Shown in pieces: positions 53,601-60,344 of a DNA stretch of 60,344 nucleotides (within the stretch, counting starts at the first letter, position 1; each line of letters opens with the position of its first letter). The stretch covers positions 1-60,344 of the forward strand of contig JANNDT010000277.1 in the NCBI GenBank assembly GCA_031387905.1, read 5' to 3'. The notes under the pieces are model-generated. The model had not been told where the DNA came from, did not search any database, and saw only the letters and a program-made list of their open reading frames with translations. This DNA comes from Deltaproteobacteria bacterium (GTDB lineage: Bacteria > Myxococcota_A > UBA9160 > UBA6930). The translations under genes and the position numbers were made by a program.

Positions 53601-53971
53601 TGAAGCGCAGTCGGTTCGATGAGGCGCGAGCGCGGCTCGCCAACCTCGCCGGGTGGGTGGACCGCCTTGGGATGAAGACAATCGCCGCCAATGTTCCCAT
53701 GCTGGACGCCGAACTTCTGCTCGCCGAGCGCGGCGACCCGTTCGAGGCTGAGCGGCTGCTACTCGAGTCGATCGAAGGTTGGCGCACCGTCTTTCGTTCG
53801 CCGTGGATGGAGTTGCGCTCGGCCTTGCGATTGGCCGAGATCGCGCCGCGCACGGGCAACCTGAAGAGAGAGCGCGAGCGGCTCGCGGCGCTCGTTGGCG
53901 AGTTCAGAGAGGGTTTTGACACGAAACGACTTCGCGAAGCGAAGCGGTTGCTCGTGTCATTGGATTCCTGA
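50633..53971 (+). CDS. Double zinc-ribbon / class III adenylate-guanylate cyclase / AAA(STAND) ATPase / TPR multidomain protein
   Basis: The GTG at 50633 follows GAGGGGA. Motifs: VNCADCQHENSANARFCESCGARLQRMCVDCGEPLPPAARFCSQCG, cyclase core ITAMFCDLVDSTELSE...LLGDGVLAYFGFP, P-loop GEPGIGKS, and a long C-terminal helical repeat region. Confidence 0.85.
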   Translation: MNCADCQHENSANARFCESCGARLQRMCVDCGEPLPPAARFCSQCGRFVAEAGAKALSSPAASPQDLPLAPSDGERRQITAMFCDLVDSTELSERLDGEDFRDLIATYHETCSAAVKRFDGYVAQLLGDGVLAYFGFPRAHEDDAQRAIRAGLEIQSALAAANLSRSAAALPQVFARIGIHSGPVVVSRLGGDGRHEMLALGETVNVAARLQAVASPGGLVVTDATLRLAPGVFVTRDLGTPVLKGISLPVRVHAVERALGSAARRVGFPKAPLLGRDHELDMLLARWERALDGQGQVVAVSGEPGIGKSRLLADFRERIASAPHSAIELYCSPYVAGSAFQPSVEAFETGLGFEESDEPEARLAKLEQGMAQLPGVELTDVVPYLAALLNLPPSPRFPLEHMSVDVQRERTLQALLAPLLAMERIQPVVIVFEDLHWADQSSLELIGRLIDQTPTLRMMLVLTYRPSFAPPWPLTRSFVTPLSLSRLGRRAIRALIEACAGRALPDRVLEDIAARADGVPLFAEELARAVVASAVVTESGAAYEPFGQHEDISIPTTLQGSLMARLDRLSQARPVAQLGSILGREFSFGLIEAVSDLDASSLRSGLDQLVAADVLYVRGSPPVASYTFKHVLLQDTAYASQLKSRRRELHARAAIALEERFPMRVAAEPQVVARHCSEGGLTARAIAHFAIAGQQAIARLANPEAADHYEQALALLATLPEDTARNQQELTLRLALAGPLSARGYDHPSVLANFARAEALCEGLGSGPDRLPGLVSLAVLHQARGDLARAGRWARELLAVADGLGLAPLQLAAHAMLGAVTAGFGSIPDSCDHYARVYSIASSHVIPPPVAAFDLDIASGLSGGYAISLVLAGRPDQAFLELDRGLTRAREIGHPHTLALALSTGVVAAHLSEDHDRLLALSEECLQVTRGRGFVQNEAIAVAFGGWARVMLGDDSGAAAFDTGLSRLHDSGAVGGVHQFYVAATEIAMKRSRFDEARARLANLAGWVDRLGMKTIAANVPMLDAELLLAERGDPFEAERLLLESIEGWRTVFRSPWMELRSALRLAEIAPRTGNLKRERERLAALVGEFREGFDTKRLREAKRLLVSLDS

Positions 53972-54016
53972 ACTCGGTTCGAGCATCGGGTTCGATCGAG
54001 CTAGGGCTGCGGGCCG

Positions 54017-54997
54017 ATGAACAGCGAGCACACAGCAATGACGAAAATCGTATTTGGCTCGTGCATGCATGTAGTAGACAACGCCACGCAGAGCGTTTGG
54101 AACGAAGCCGCCGCCCACAACCCGGATTGGCTAATACTGGGCGGCGACAACATTTACATGAACTACGGCCCGGCTTGGTTTGGACCGCGCAGATGGTCTC
54201 CGCATGAGTTCGCAGCGAAGATGCTGGAACGCTACACGGCTCAATTCTCTGTTCCGTCATTTCGGGCGCTGATCGAGCCCATTCCCATTGGACAGGTGAT
54301 TGGAGTCTGGGATGATCACGATTTTGGTTGGAACAACTGTTACGGAACCTCGATCAAGGACCAGATGCCCGCCAAGAGCCTCATCGCGCATGCGATGTTT
54401 CACCACTACTTCGCGGCACTCAACGTGCGGCCCCTGCCGGCATCTCTGCCCTCGCTGTCATTGGCCGGCCTACCCCACCTGATCGACTCGACGAAGGAGG
54501 CTTACCGTGCGCTCGATCTCGGCCCACTGCGGGTTTTGCTTTGCGACGGGCGGAGCTATCGCGAAGAGAATCAGAGCAATCCGGCCGGCGCCTCCCTTCT
54601 CGGTACCCAACAGGAGTCATGGCTGCTTACGGAGATCGCTAACGCCAGCAAGCCAGTCCTGATCGTCTCCGGTTCGACGATGACCAGCGATGGGGGAGAC
54701 CAAAGCTGGGACCACTTCGCAGATTTCTTCAAGTTGAAATTTCTACCAGCCACGAAGTCAAAGGTCGTGATGCTTCTGGGCGGCGATGTGCACGAAAATC
54801 GACTGCCTACGCCTCCGAATGATTTTCCTGTGGAGATAATCTCGTCTGGCGCTGCCATTGGTAAGTGTTTTCGTAAGCGAAATTTTGGAGTTCTCGAAGT
54901 GTCGTCTGCTGACGCGACTATCCGTCTCTTCAAGAAGGGCGTCGTTCAGTACTCCGGGCATCTCGACCTTGCGAGCGGCGCGTTTGCCCTCACGTAA
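54017..54997 (+). CDS. PhoD-like metallophosphatase (326 aa, no signal peptide), compositionally atypical
   Basis: Motifs: LILGGDNIYMN, GVWDDHDFGWNN, GGDVHEN. A hand count of the first 130 nt gives about 55% GC. Confidence 0.8.
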   Translation: MNSEHTAMTKIVFGSCMHVVDNATQSVWNEAAAHNPDWLILGGDNIYMNYGPAWFGPRRWSPHEFAAKMLERYTAQFSVPSFRALIEPIPIGQVIGVWDDHDFGWNNCYGTSIKDQMPAKSLIAHAMFHHYFAALNVRPLPASLPSLSLAGLPHLIDSTKEAYRALDLGPLRVLLCDGRSYREENQSNPAGASLLGTQQESWLLTEIANASKPVLIVSGSTMTSDGGDQSWDHFADFFKLKFLPATKSKVVMLLGGDVHENRLPTPPNDFPVEIISSGAAIGKCFRKRNFGVLEVSSADATIRLFKKGVVQYSGHLDLASGAFALT

Positions 54998-55112
54998 CGC
55001 TGGGGGACTAGGGAGCGACTGCCCGGCAGCCACGCGAGACACACCGGCACGCCATGGTTCGCCACTGATGCTCGTCTTCATCCGGGACTTCTGAGCGATT
55101 AGGGAACGCTTC

Positions 55113-56294
55113 TCAATCCGCCTCGGGCGCGAGCCCGAAGCGTTCCATGTACGGCCCGAACGCCTGCCGTACTTTCGCCGGGTCGACGCCGAAATCCGCG
55201 GGCGCGTAGCGATGGATGCCGTCCTTGCCCTTCGGATGGTCGGCGATGAAGGCGCGCATGCGCTGGGCGCCGGCGGCAGTCATCGGCAAGCCGAGCGCCG
55301 CGTAGATCTTCTCGACCTCGGAGAACTGGTCGCGCACGAAATCCTGGAAGTGCATGTCGTAGAAGACGGCGCGCGGGTACTGCTTCGCGCTTCTCACCGC
55401 GACGCCGTGCTCGAGCACGCGCCCCAGGCGCGCGGTCCAGTCGGCGGCGATCTCGAGCGGATCGACTTGGTCGCTGCCCATGCTGCGCACGAGCGTGGTG
55501 AGGCTGGCGTAAGAGGTCAGCGACTTCACCGGGTCGCGATGTGTGAAGACGATGCGCGCGTCGGGGTAGGTCTCGAGCAGGTGCTCGAGGCCCCACAGGT
55601 GCGCGCCGGTCTTCAGCACCCAGCGCTCGCGGCGATTGCGCCACTGCAGGTGCTGGAGCTGCCGGCGGTGAAAGACGTACACGTGTGACCAGTCCGCCTC
55701 GTGGTCGACCCAGTCTTGATAAGTCGGCACGCGAAACTGGTTGTGGAAGAGTGGCGTGCACATGGCTTCGCCCATCATCGTCACGCACTCTTGCGAGAGC
55801 GTGGCGCCCATCGGGTGCATCGCCTTGAAGGCGGGGATCTGGAGATCGACCGAAGGGAAGGTGGCGGCGCAGCGCGCGATGCGCGGATCGCTGTCGAAGG
55901 TGGCGGCCTCCGGCGGAGGCGACGGGAACATCGCCTCCCAGGTGAGCGGCGCGCGGTTATCAGGGTCTTGCGCGAGGATGTCGTGAAGGATCGTGGTGCC
56001 GGTGCGCGGCATGCCGATGATGAAGACCGGCTTCACAATCTCCTCGCGCGCGATCTCGGCGAAGCGTTTGCGATCGGCGACGTAGCCGAGGCGATTCACG
56101 GTGTGGCCGAGCACGCGCTCGCGCGCGATCAGGCGGCCGAGCGCGTTCAGGCGGCTCTCGCGCTCGAGGGAATCGAGCAGCAGCCTGAGCGGCGCGAGGA
56201 AGGGGCCGTCGCCAAGGTCATCGAGCCCGCCCGCGCGCCGCCTCGCCTCGCTGAGAATCGCGTCGAACTCGAGGCTCACAGTGGGGTCACTCAT
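55113..56294 (-). CDS. Sulfotransferase family protein
   Basis: PAPS 5'-phosphosulfate loop IIGMPRTGTTILHDIL. 393 aa from the ATG at 56294, with an alternative ATG at 56309. The track ORF extension is junk. Confidence 0.85.
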   Translation of the reverse strand: MSDPTVSLEFDAILSEARRRAGGLDDLGDGPFLAPLRLLLDSLERESRLNALGRLIARERVLGHTVNRLGYVADRKRFAEIAREEIVKPVFIIGMPRTGTTILHDILAQDPDNRAPLTWEAMFPSPPPEAATFDSDPRIARCAATFPSVDLQIPAFKAMHPMGATLSQECVTMMGEAMCTPLFHNQFRVPTYQDWVDHEADWSHVYVFHRRQLQHLQWRNRRERWVLKTGAHLWGLEHLLETYPDARIVFTHRDPVKSLTSYASLTTLVRSMGSDQVDPLEIAADWTARLGRVLEHGVAVRSAKQYPRAVFYDMHFQDFVRDQFSEVEKIYAALGLPMTAAGAQRMRAFIADHPKGKDGIHRYAPADFGVDPAKVRQAFGPYMERFGLAPEAD

Positions 56295-56374
56295 CGCGAT
56301 CCTTCTCATGCGCGGCTCCCGGAATCCCGGCGGCGCCGCAGAGTGGCACACTGCCGTCACGCGGGGAGAGAAGC

Positions 56375-57598
56375 GTGATGAAGCTTCGCGGGCCGGTTGC
56401 GCTCGCTTCGAGCATTGCGCGCGCAGCGGCGCAGCTCCTGCTCGATGGCGCGCGCGAGCCATTAGGGCTCTCGCTCCCGCGAACGCCGGAGGCGCTGACG
56501 CGTGCCGGCACTGTGGACGCACTGCTCCGCGACTACGCGCCCACTGGGGCGCCGGTGCTGCCGCGCGTGGCGGCGGCGCGTTTGGCCGGCGTCGACTTCG
56601 AGAGCAGCAACTGCAGGAACTTCCTGATCGAGCTCGACTACGCCGAGCGCGGAACGGAGGCCGCCGCGCCGCGCACGCTCTACGCGAAGCTGCCCAGCGA
56701 TTCGCTCGCGACGCGCCTCTTCGCCGGGGCGCTCGGCTTCTGGGCGCTCGAGTGCACGTTCTGCGAGCGCGTGGCGGCGCAAGTGCCGATCCGCGTGCCG
56801 CGCGTCTACGCGGTCGCACGGCGCGGCGCGCGCTTCGTGCTGCTGCTCGAGAATCTCCGCGAGTCGCCGGGCGTGCGGCTCTTCAACAATCGCGACATGG
56901 CCGCGGGCACGACGCCCGAACGTGCGCGCCTCTGTCTGAGCGCGTTCGCCGAGCTGCACGCGGCCTTCCACGGCTGGAGCCCCGAGCGACGCGAGGCGTT
57001 ATTGCCGATCGCGCTGCATCTGTTTCTAGCGCCGCGGCAACGCGCGATCACGCGAGCGCTGAACGCCGCGGCGATCGGCCCAGCGCAGCGCGCGGCGCCG
57101 GAGCTGTTCCCGCCGGAGATCGCCGCGCTCTGCCGGCGCGCGCTCGAGCGCTGGGATGCGCTGCTGGCGTTCTGGTATCGCGAGCCCCTCACTCTCGTGC
57201 ACGGCGACAGCCACGTCGCGAACTGCTTCGAGTACGCGACCCCCTCCGGCCCGCGCATGGGCATGCTCGACTTCCAGGCCGTGCACTGGTCCAAGGGCAT
57301 CCGCGACGTGCAGTACTTCCTGATCCACTCGCTCGAGCCAGAGGTGCTCGCCGTCCACGAGGACGCCCTAATCGATCACTACCTCGCCGAGTTGGCGCGC
57401 TTCGGCGTGAGCCTCGACCCCGCGGAGACCCGCGAGCAATACCGCGCCTTCTCGTTCCAGACCCTCATGGTGGGCGCAGTCTCGATCGGCCTCGGCACGC
57501 TGACCGAACGCGAGGCGACCGTGCGCACCGTGCTGCGGCGCGAGGTCGCGGCGATTCGCCGCCTCCGCTTCGGCGACTGGCTCGACGGGCTCGGGTGA
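56375..57598 (+). CDS. APH/choline-kinase/EcKL-like phosphotransferase family protein
   Basis: Catalytic loop LVHGDSHVANCF and metal-binding MLDFQAVHW. Confidence 0.75.
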   Translation: MMKLRGPVALASSIARAAAQLLLDGAREPLGLSLPRTPEALTRAGTVDALLRDYAPTGAPVLPRVAAARLAGVDFESSNCRNFLIELDYAERGTEAAAPRTLYAKLPSDSLATRLFAGALGFWALECTFCERVAAQVPIRVPRVYAVARRGARFVLLLENLRESPGVRLFNNRDMAAGTTPERARLCLSAFAELHAAFHGWSPERREALLPIALHLFLAPRQRAITRALNAAAIGPAQRAAPELFPPEIAALCRRALERWDALLAFWYREPLTLVHGDSHVANCFEYATPSGPRMGMLDFQAVHWSKGIRDVQYFLIHSLEPEVLAVHEDALIDHYLAELARFGVSLDPAETREQYRAFSFQTLMVGAVSIGLGTLTEREATVRTVLRREVAAIRRLRFGDWLDGLG

Positions 57599-57639
57599 GC
57601 GCCTGCGATTGCGACGATCTATCCGCAGATGCATCTCTC

Positions 57640-58443
57640 TCACCGATCGTCAGCGACTAACACCCCGTCCTCGACCCATCTCCCCAGCACGCTCGCAGCG
57701 AACGCAGCCCCGGCTTCGTCGGCGCGCTCTTCTGCGGCCAGCGCGCACAGCTCGCCGAAGCGCACACCGTGCTGCGCGCGCGCGAGCAGCGTGGCCTCGC
57801 TCGCTTCGAGCGCGCGGTGCATCACTCGCTCTTCGCGCCGCCACACGAACACGCACTCGGCTGCGGCCGCGAGCGTCGCGAGCGCGAGCGGCTGCTCGGC
57901 GTCGTGGGCGGCGCGCACGGCGCGAACGGGCCACGCGAGCGTGAGCAGCTGCGCACCAGGAACTACGGCCAGCGCGAGCTGGTCCCACAGTTCGGGCGGC
58001 AGCGCGGTGAGATCGGCGCGCGTGAGCAGCTTGCTGTCGACTGCGTCGAACGCGTCGGTGACGGCGAGCTCGAAGCGCGCGAGGTCTGCGGCCCAGGGCG
58101 CGCTCAGGCGAAGCTCTGCGGCGGCCGGCGCGGCGTGCTCTGCGATGAACGCGGGGAGGCGCGCGCCGGCGTAGCGCAGCGAGGGGTGCTGCGAAGGATT
58201 CGCGTGCAGGTACGCAGCAGCGAGCGCGGTGAAACAGGCGTCGCCGAGCGCGCGTTTCAGCGCGGGGAAGTCGTCGCCGAGCGCGGAAATGATGCGCGCG
58301 CTGTAAGCGTTGCGATAGACGCCGAGACGCTCCGCCGCACTCGCGCGCGCATCGCCAAACAGCCCGGGCGTCGCGGCCGGGTCTTCGCGCGCCATCAGCC
58401 AGCCGGCAAAAGCGCCCTGCGCGCGCGTAAGCGGCTCGCTCAC
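57640..58443 (-). CDS. DUF2063 protein (BufC/MbnC-like RiPP precursor-binding partner)
   Basis: RLGVYRNAYSARIISALGDDFPALKRALGDACFTALAAAYL. The GTG start overlaps the DUF692 stop (GTGA). Confidence 0.8.
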   Translation of the reverse strand: MSEPLTRAQGAFAGWLMAREDPAATPGLFGDARASAAERLGVYRNAYSARIISALGDDFPALKRALGDACFTALAAAYLHANPSQHPSLRYAGARLPAFIAEHAAPAAAELRLSAPWAADLARFELAVTDAFDAVDSKLLTRADLTALPPELWDQLALAVVPGAQLLTLAWPVRAVRAAHDAEQPLALATLAAAAECVFVWRREERVMHRALEASEATLLARAQHGVRFGELCALAAEERADEAGAAFAASVLGRWVEDGVLVADDR

Positions 58444-59288
58444 GCCGCTACTTCCGCGGTGCCAGGACGGCGTACTTCAGCGCCGCACACACGCTCGAGG
58501 ATCTCCCGCGCGCGCGCCGCTTCCGCGACGACGCGCTCCCACGGCGGGATGCGGTCATCCCACTCGATGAGCGTCGAGACGGGGCCGAGCCGCGCGAGCG
58601 TGCGCTCGAACAGCGCCCAGACTTCGTCGCGCACCGGGTAGTCGTGCGTGTCGATGAGCAGCGCGCCGGCTTCGCTCGGGCCCGCGAGGTGAATCTGGAA
58701 GACGCGGGCGGGATCGAGCGCGGCGATTGCGGCGTCGGCGTCGATGCCGTGATTATGCGCGTTCACGAACAAGTTGTTGAGGTCGAGCAGAATGCCGCAG
58801 TCGGCCTCCGCCGAAATTGCGTCCAGGAACTCTCCCTCGCTCATGGCGTCGTGCGTGAAGCGCACGTAGCTCGAGACGTTCTCGATCGCGATGCGGCGGC
58901 CGAGCCGCTCTTGCACTTCGCGAATACGCGCGGCCACGTGCCGCACGGCTTCCTCGGTGTGCGGCAGCGGCAGTAAATCGTGCAGGTGCGCGCCCCTGTG
59001 GGCGGTCCAGCACAGGTGATCGGAGAGCCACGCGGGCTGAAAACGGCCGGCGAGCGCGGCGAGTTCGCCGAGGTACTTCGCATCGAGCGGATCGCTCGCG
59101 CCGAGATCGAGCGAGACGCCGTGCAGCACGAGCGGCGCGAGTTCGCGTACCTCGCCGAGAATGCGCAGCGGGCGGCCGCCAGGGATTAGGTAGTTCTCGG
59201 AGATCGCTTCGAAGAAATCTGCGCCGGCGCCGCCGCACGCGGCGATCTCGGCGTAGTGGCGCGGGCGCAGGCCGATGCCGACGCCCAG
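58440..59288 (-). CDS. DUF692 / MNIO (multinuclear non-heme iron oxidative) enzyme, BufB/MbnB-like
   Basis: Motifs: GVGIGLRPRHY, DFFEAISENY, LVLHGVSLDLG, IENVSSY, TLIEWDD. The conserved N-terminal motifs lie upstream of the first ATG/GTG/TTG (59129), so a CTG at 59288 preceded by GAGG-N8 is proposed. The start is uncertain. Confidence 0.75.
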   Translation of the reverse strand: MGVGIGLRPRHYAEIAACGGAGADFFEAISENYLIPGGRPLRILGEVRELAPLVLHGVSLDLGASDPLDAKYLGELAALAGRFQPAWLSDHLCWTAHRGAHLHDLLPLPHTEEAVRHVAARIREVQERLGRRIAIENVSSYVRFTHDAMSEGEFLDAISAEADCGILLDLNNLFVNAHNHGIDADAAIAALDPARVFQIHLAGPSEAGALLIDTHDYPVRDEVWALFERTLARLGPVSTLIEWDDRIPPWERVVAEAARAREILERVCGAEVRRPGTAEVAA

Positions 59289-59343
59289 GTAGGGCGCCTC
59301 GGGAGGGCGAGGCGGTGCGCCGCGCCCTCCCTCAGCGTTTTCA

Positions 59344-59595
59344 CTACTTCTTCTCAGCGGCCTTTGCCTTCGCCGCGTCGCACTCGGCGGCCGTCATCTC
59401 CATGACGCCCTGGCCGGCGCAACCGTTCTTGCCCGCGCACTCGTTGTGCGCGGTCGCGCAGGAACCTTTGCCCTTGCACGAGTTCACGCCTTCGCACTTC
59501 ACCTTGGCCTCATCGGCGCTGGCGAGTCCGGCGACCGGCGCGCCCATCAGGAAAAGCGCCGCGGCCGCCGCGGCGAGAGCTGCTGTCTTGTTCAC
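59344..59595 (-). CDS. Bufferin-like Cys-rich RiPP precursor with a Sec signal peptide (83 aa)
   Basis: The GTG at 59595 lies 7 nt after GGAGGA. The sequence is MNKTAALAAAAAALFLMGAPVAGLASA / DEAKVKCEGVNSCKGKGSCATAHNECAGKNGCAGQGVMEMTAAECDAAKAKAAEKK, with six Cys. Confidence 0.7.
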   Translation of the reverse strand: MNKTAALAAAAAALFLMGAPVAGLASADEAKVKCEGVNSCKGKGSCATAHNECAGKNGCAGQGVMEMTAAECDAAKAKAAEKK

Positions 59596-59629
59596 AGTGA
59601 GATCCTCCATGTGGCGCATCGAGGCGCCT

Positions 59630-59655
59630 GGTCGCGGTAACGCTGCACCGCGACC
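59630..59655 (-). promoter_or_regulatory. Perfect 9-bp-stem hairpin between the nitrile hydratase accessory gene and the precursor gene
   Basis: GGTCGCGGT-N8-ACCGCGACC. There is no U-tract, so it could be an attenuator, a processing site or a protein-binding site. Confidence 0.3.
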
Positions 59656-59725
59656 GTTGGTTTCATCGAACACCAGGCTAGATGCGCTGGCAGCGAGCAG
59701 GGTCACACTTACGCAGATCGCCGCG

Positions 59726-60097
59726 CTACGGGTGGTCCCAGCCCGCAGGCCGGGCGGCGAGTCCGGCGACGCGGGCTTCGAGCGCGTCTGGCGCGAGCAA
59801 CTGCTTGCGGGCCGCGAGGCGCTCGAAGGCTTCGAGCCAGCGCTCCCAGTAGCGATAGCCCTCGCCGCTCGTGCCGTGCGCGCGCTCCCACGTGCCGATC
59901 GATTCGATCAGCAGCGCCTGGAACTCGCGCCACTCGAACGCGCCGGCTTCGTAGAGCGCCAGGGTGAGGCCAAACACGCGGCTCTCCCAAAGTTCTGCGA
60001 ACTGCAATTCGCCGTTCTTGCGCGGCGGCGAGAGCGGACCCTCGAAACTCACGGGGCTTCGCTCGTCACTCACGCGGCGCGCCCGCTCTCGCGACAC
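59726..60097 (-). CDS. Nitrile hydratase accessory (activator) protein
   Basis: [44 protein letters not shown]...[13 protein letters not shown]. The start is uncertain, either 60097 or the GTG at 60073. Confidence 0.8.
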   Translation of the reverse strand: MSRERARRVSDERSPVSFEGPLSPPRKNGELQFAELWESRVFGLTLALYEAGAFEWREFQALLIESIGTWERAHGTSGEGYRYWERWLEAFERLAARKQLLAPDALEARVAGLAARPAGWDHP

Positions 60098-60344
60098 CGA
60101 TCAGCGCGTCGCGCGTGACGAGCGCTGCGAGCTGTTCCTCGCTCGCGTGCTCGGTGCCCGCGGGCCGCTCGGGCAGCACCAGGTAGCGAAGCTCGGCGCT
60201 CGAATCCCAGACGCGCACTTCGTCGCTCGCGGGCAGCTCGAGCCCGAACTCGCGCAGCACCGCGCGCGGCTCGCGCACCACGCGCGCGCGGTAGGGCGGG
60301 CTCTTGTACCACGTGGGCGGCAGCCCTAACAACGACGACGGGTA
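60066..60344 (-). CDS. Nitrile hydratase alpha subunit, C-terminal part (5' end outside the window)
   Basis: [65 protein letters not shown]. The frame is open to the window edge. Confidence 0.85.
   Translation of the reverse strand, partial: YPSSLLGLPPTWYKSPPYRARVVREPRAVLREFGLELPASDEVRVWDSSAELRYLVLPERPAGTEHASEEQLAALVTRDALIGVARAGAPRE

Noticed and set aside
56101-57660. 519-aa plus-strand ORF overlapping the sulfotransferase start and the kinase-like gene.
   Set aside because: It is out of frame with the kinase-like ORF, which carries HGDxxxxN and DFQ motifs, and its composition is junk-like.
59338-59400. My base-by-base reading of this line seemed to be 1 nt out of register with both the plus- and minus-strand ORF-track translations: one T short near 59340 and one extra C near 59400.
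   Set aside because: The two discrepancies cancel and the ORF track is self-consistent on both strands, so I treat this as my own reading error. Coordinates in this stretch follow the ORF track, and hand-derived coordinates of small motifs elsewhere could be off by 1 nt.

Overview
High-GC (about 68-70% by eye) chromosomal segment from a Gram-negative bacterium, as shown by a PEP-CTERM protein and lipoprotein-adaptor/RND pumps. It is almost fully coding, and many genes are coupled by ATGA/GTGA/TTGA overlaps. I saw no rRNA, tRNA or CRISPR array.

Gene content, left to right:
- The 3' end of a CzcA-type pump, an indolepyruvate:ferredoxin oxidoreductase and an amidohydrolase.
- A minus-strand operon: CaiB CoA-transferase, small secreted protein, SDR, isochorismatase-like hydrolase, methyltransferase, TauD dioxygenase.
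- A large secreted PHP-type metallohydrolase and a ClpP.
- About 19 kb of acyl-CoA catabolic genes (14.4-33.6 kb). These look like an actinobacterial steroid side-chain (igr/ChsE-ChsH-Ltp2) module. They sit behind a TetR regulator, with three KstR-type operator matches at promoter positions.
- A RAYT-type Y1 transposase flanked by perfect 21-bp inverted repeats.
- A membrane-SDR plus aminotransferase pair, a DDAH-like gene and an RluE-like gene.
- An epoxide-hydrolase/P450 operon and a limonene-epoxide-hydrolase-like gene coupled to an EXPERA-like membrane protein.
- An amidohydrolase followed by a GrdB-family gene split by an in-frame TGA, which is probably selenocysteine.
- An MFP/RND pump and a decayed DyP peroxidase pseudogene.
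- A zinc-ribbon adenylate-cyclase/AAA/TPR protein and a low-GC PhoD-like phosphatase.
- A divergent sulfotransferase/kinase-like pair.
- A three-gene bufferin-like RiPP locus (Cys-rich precursor, MNIO/DUF692, DUF2063) directly downstream of nitrile hydratase genes.

Most long ORFs in the supplied track that overlap these genes in other frames or strands are Arg/Ala-rich GC artefacts. Several real genes start well inside the track ORF. All family calls rest on motif recognition by eye, because no searches could be run.
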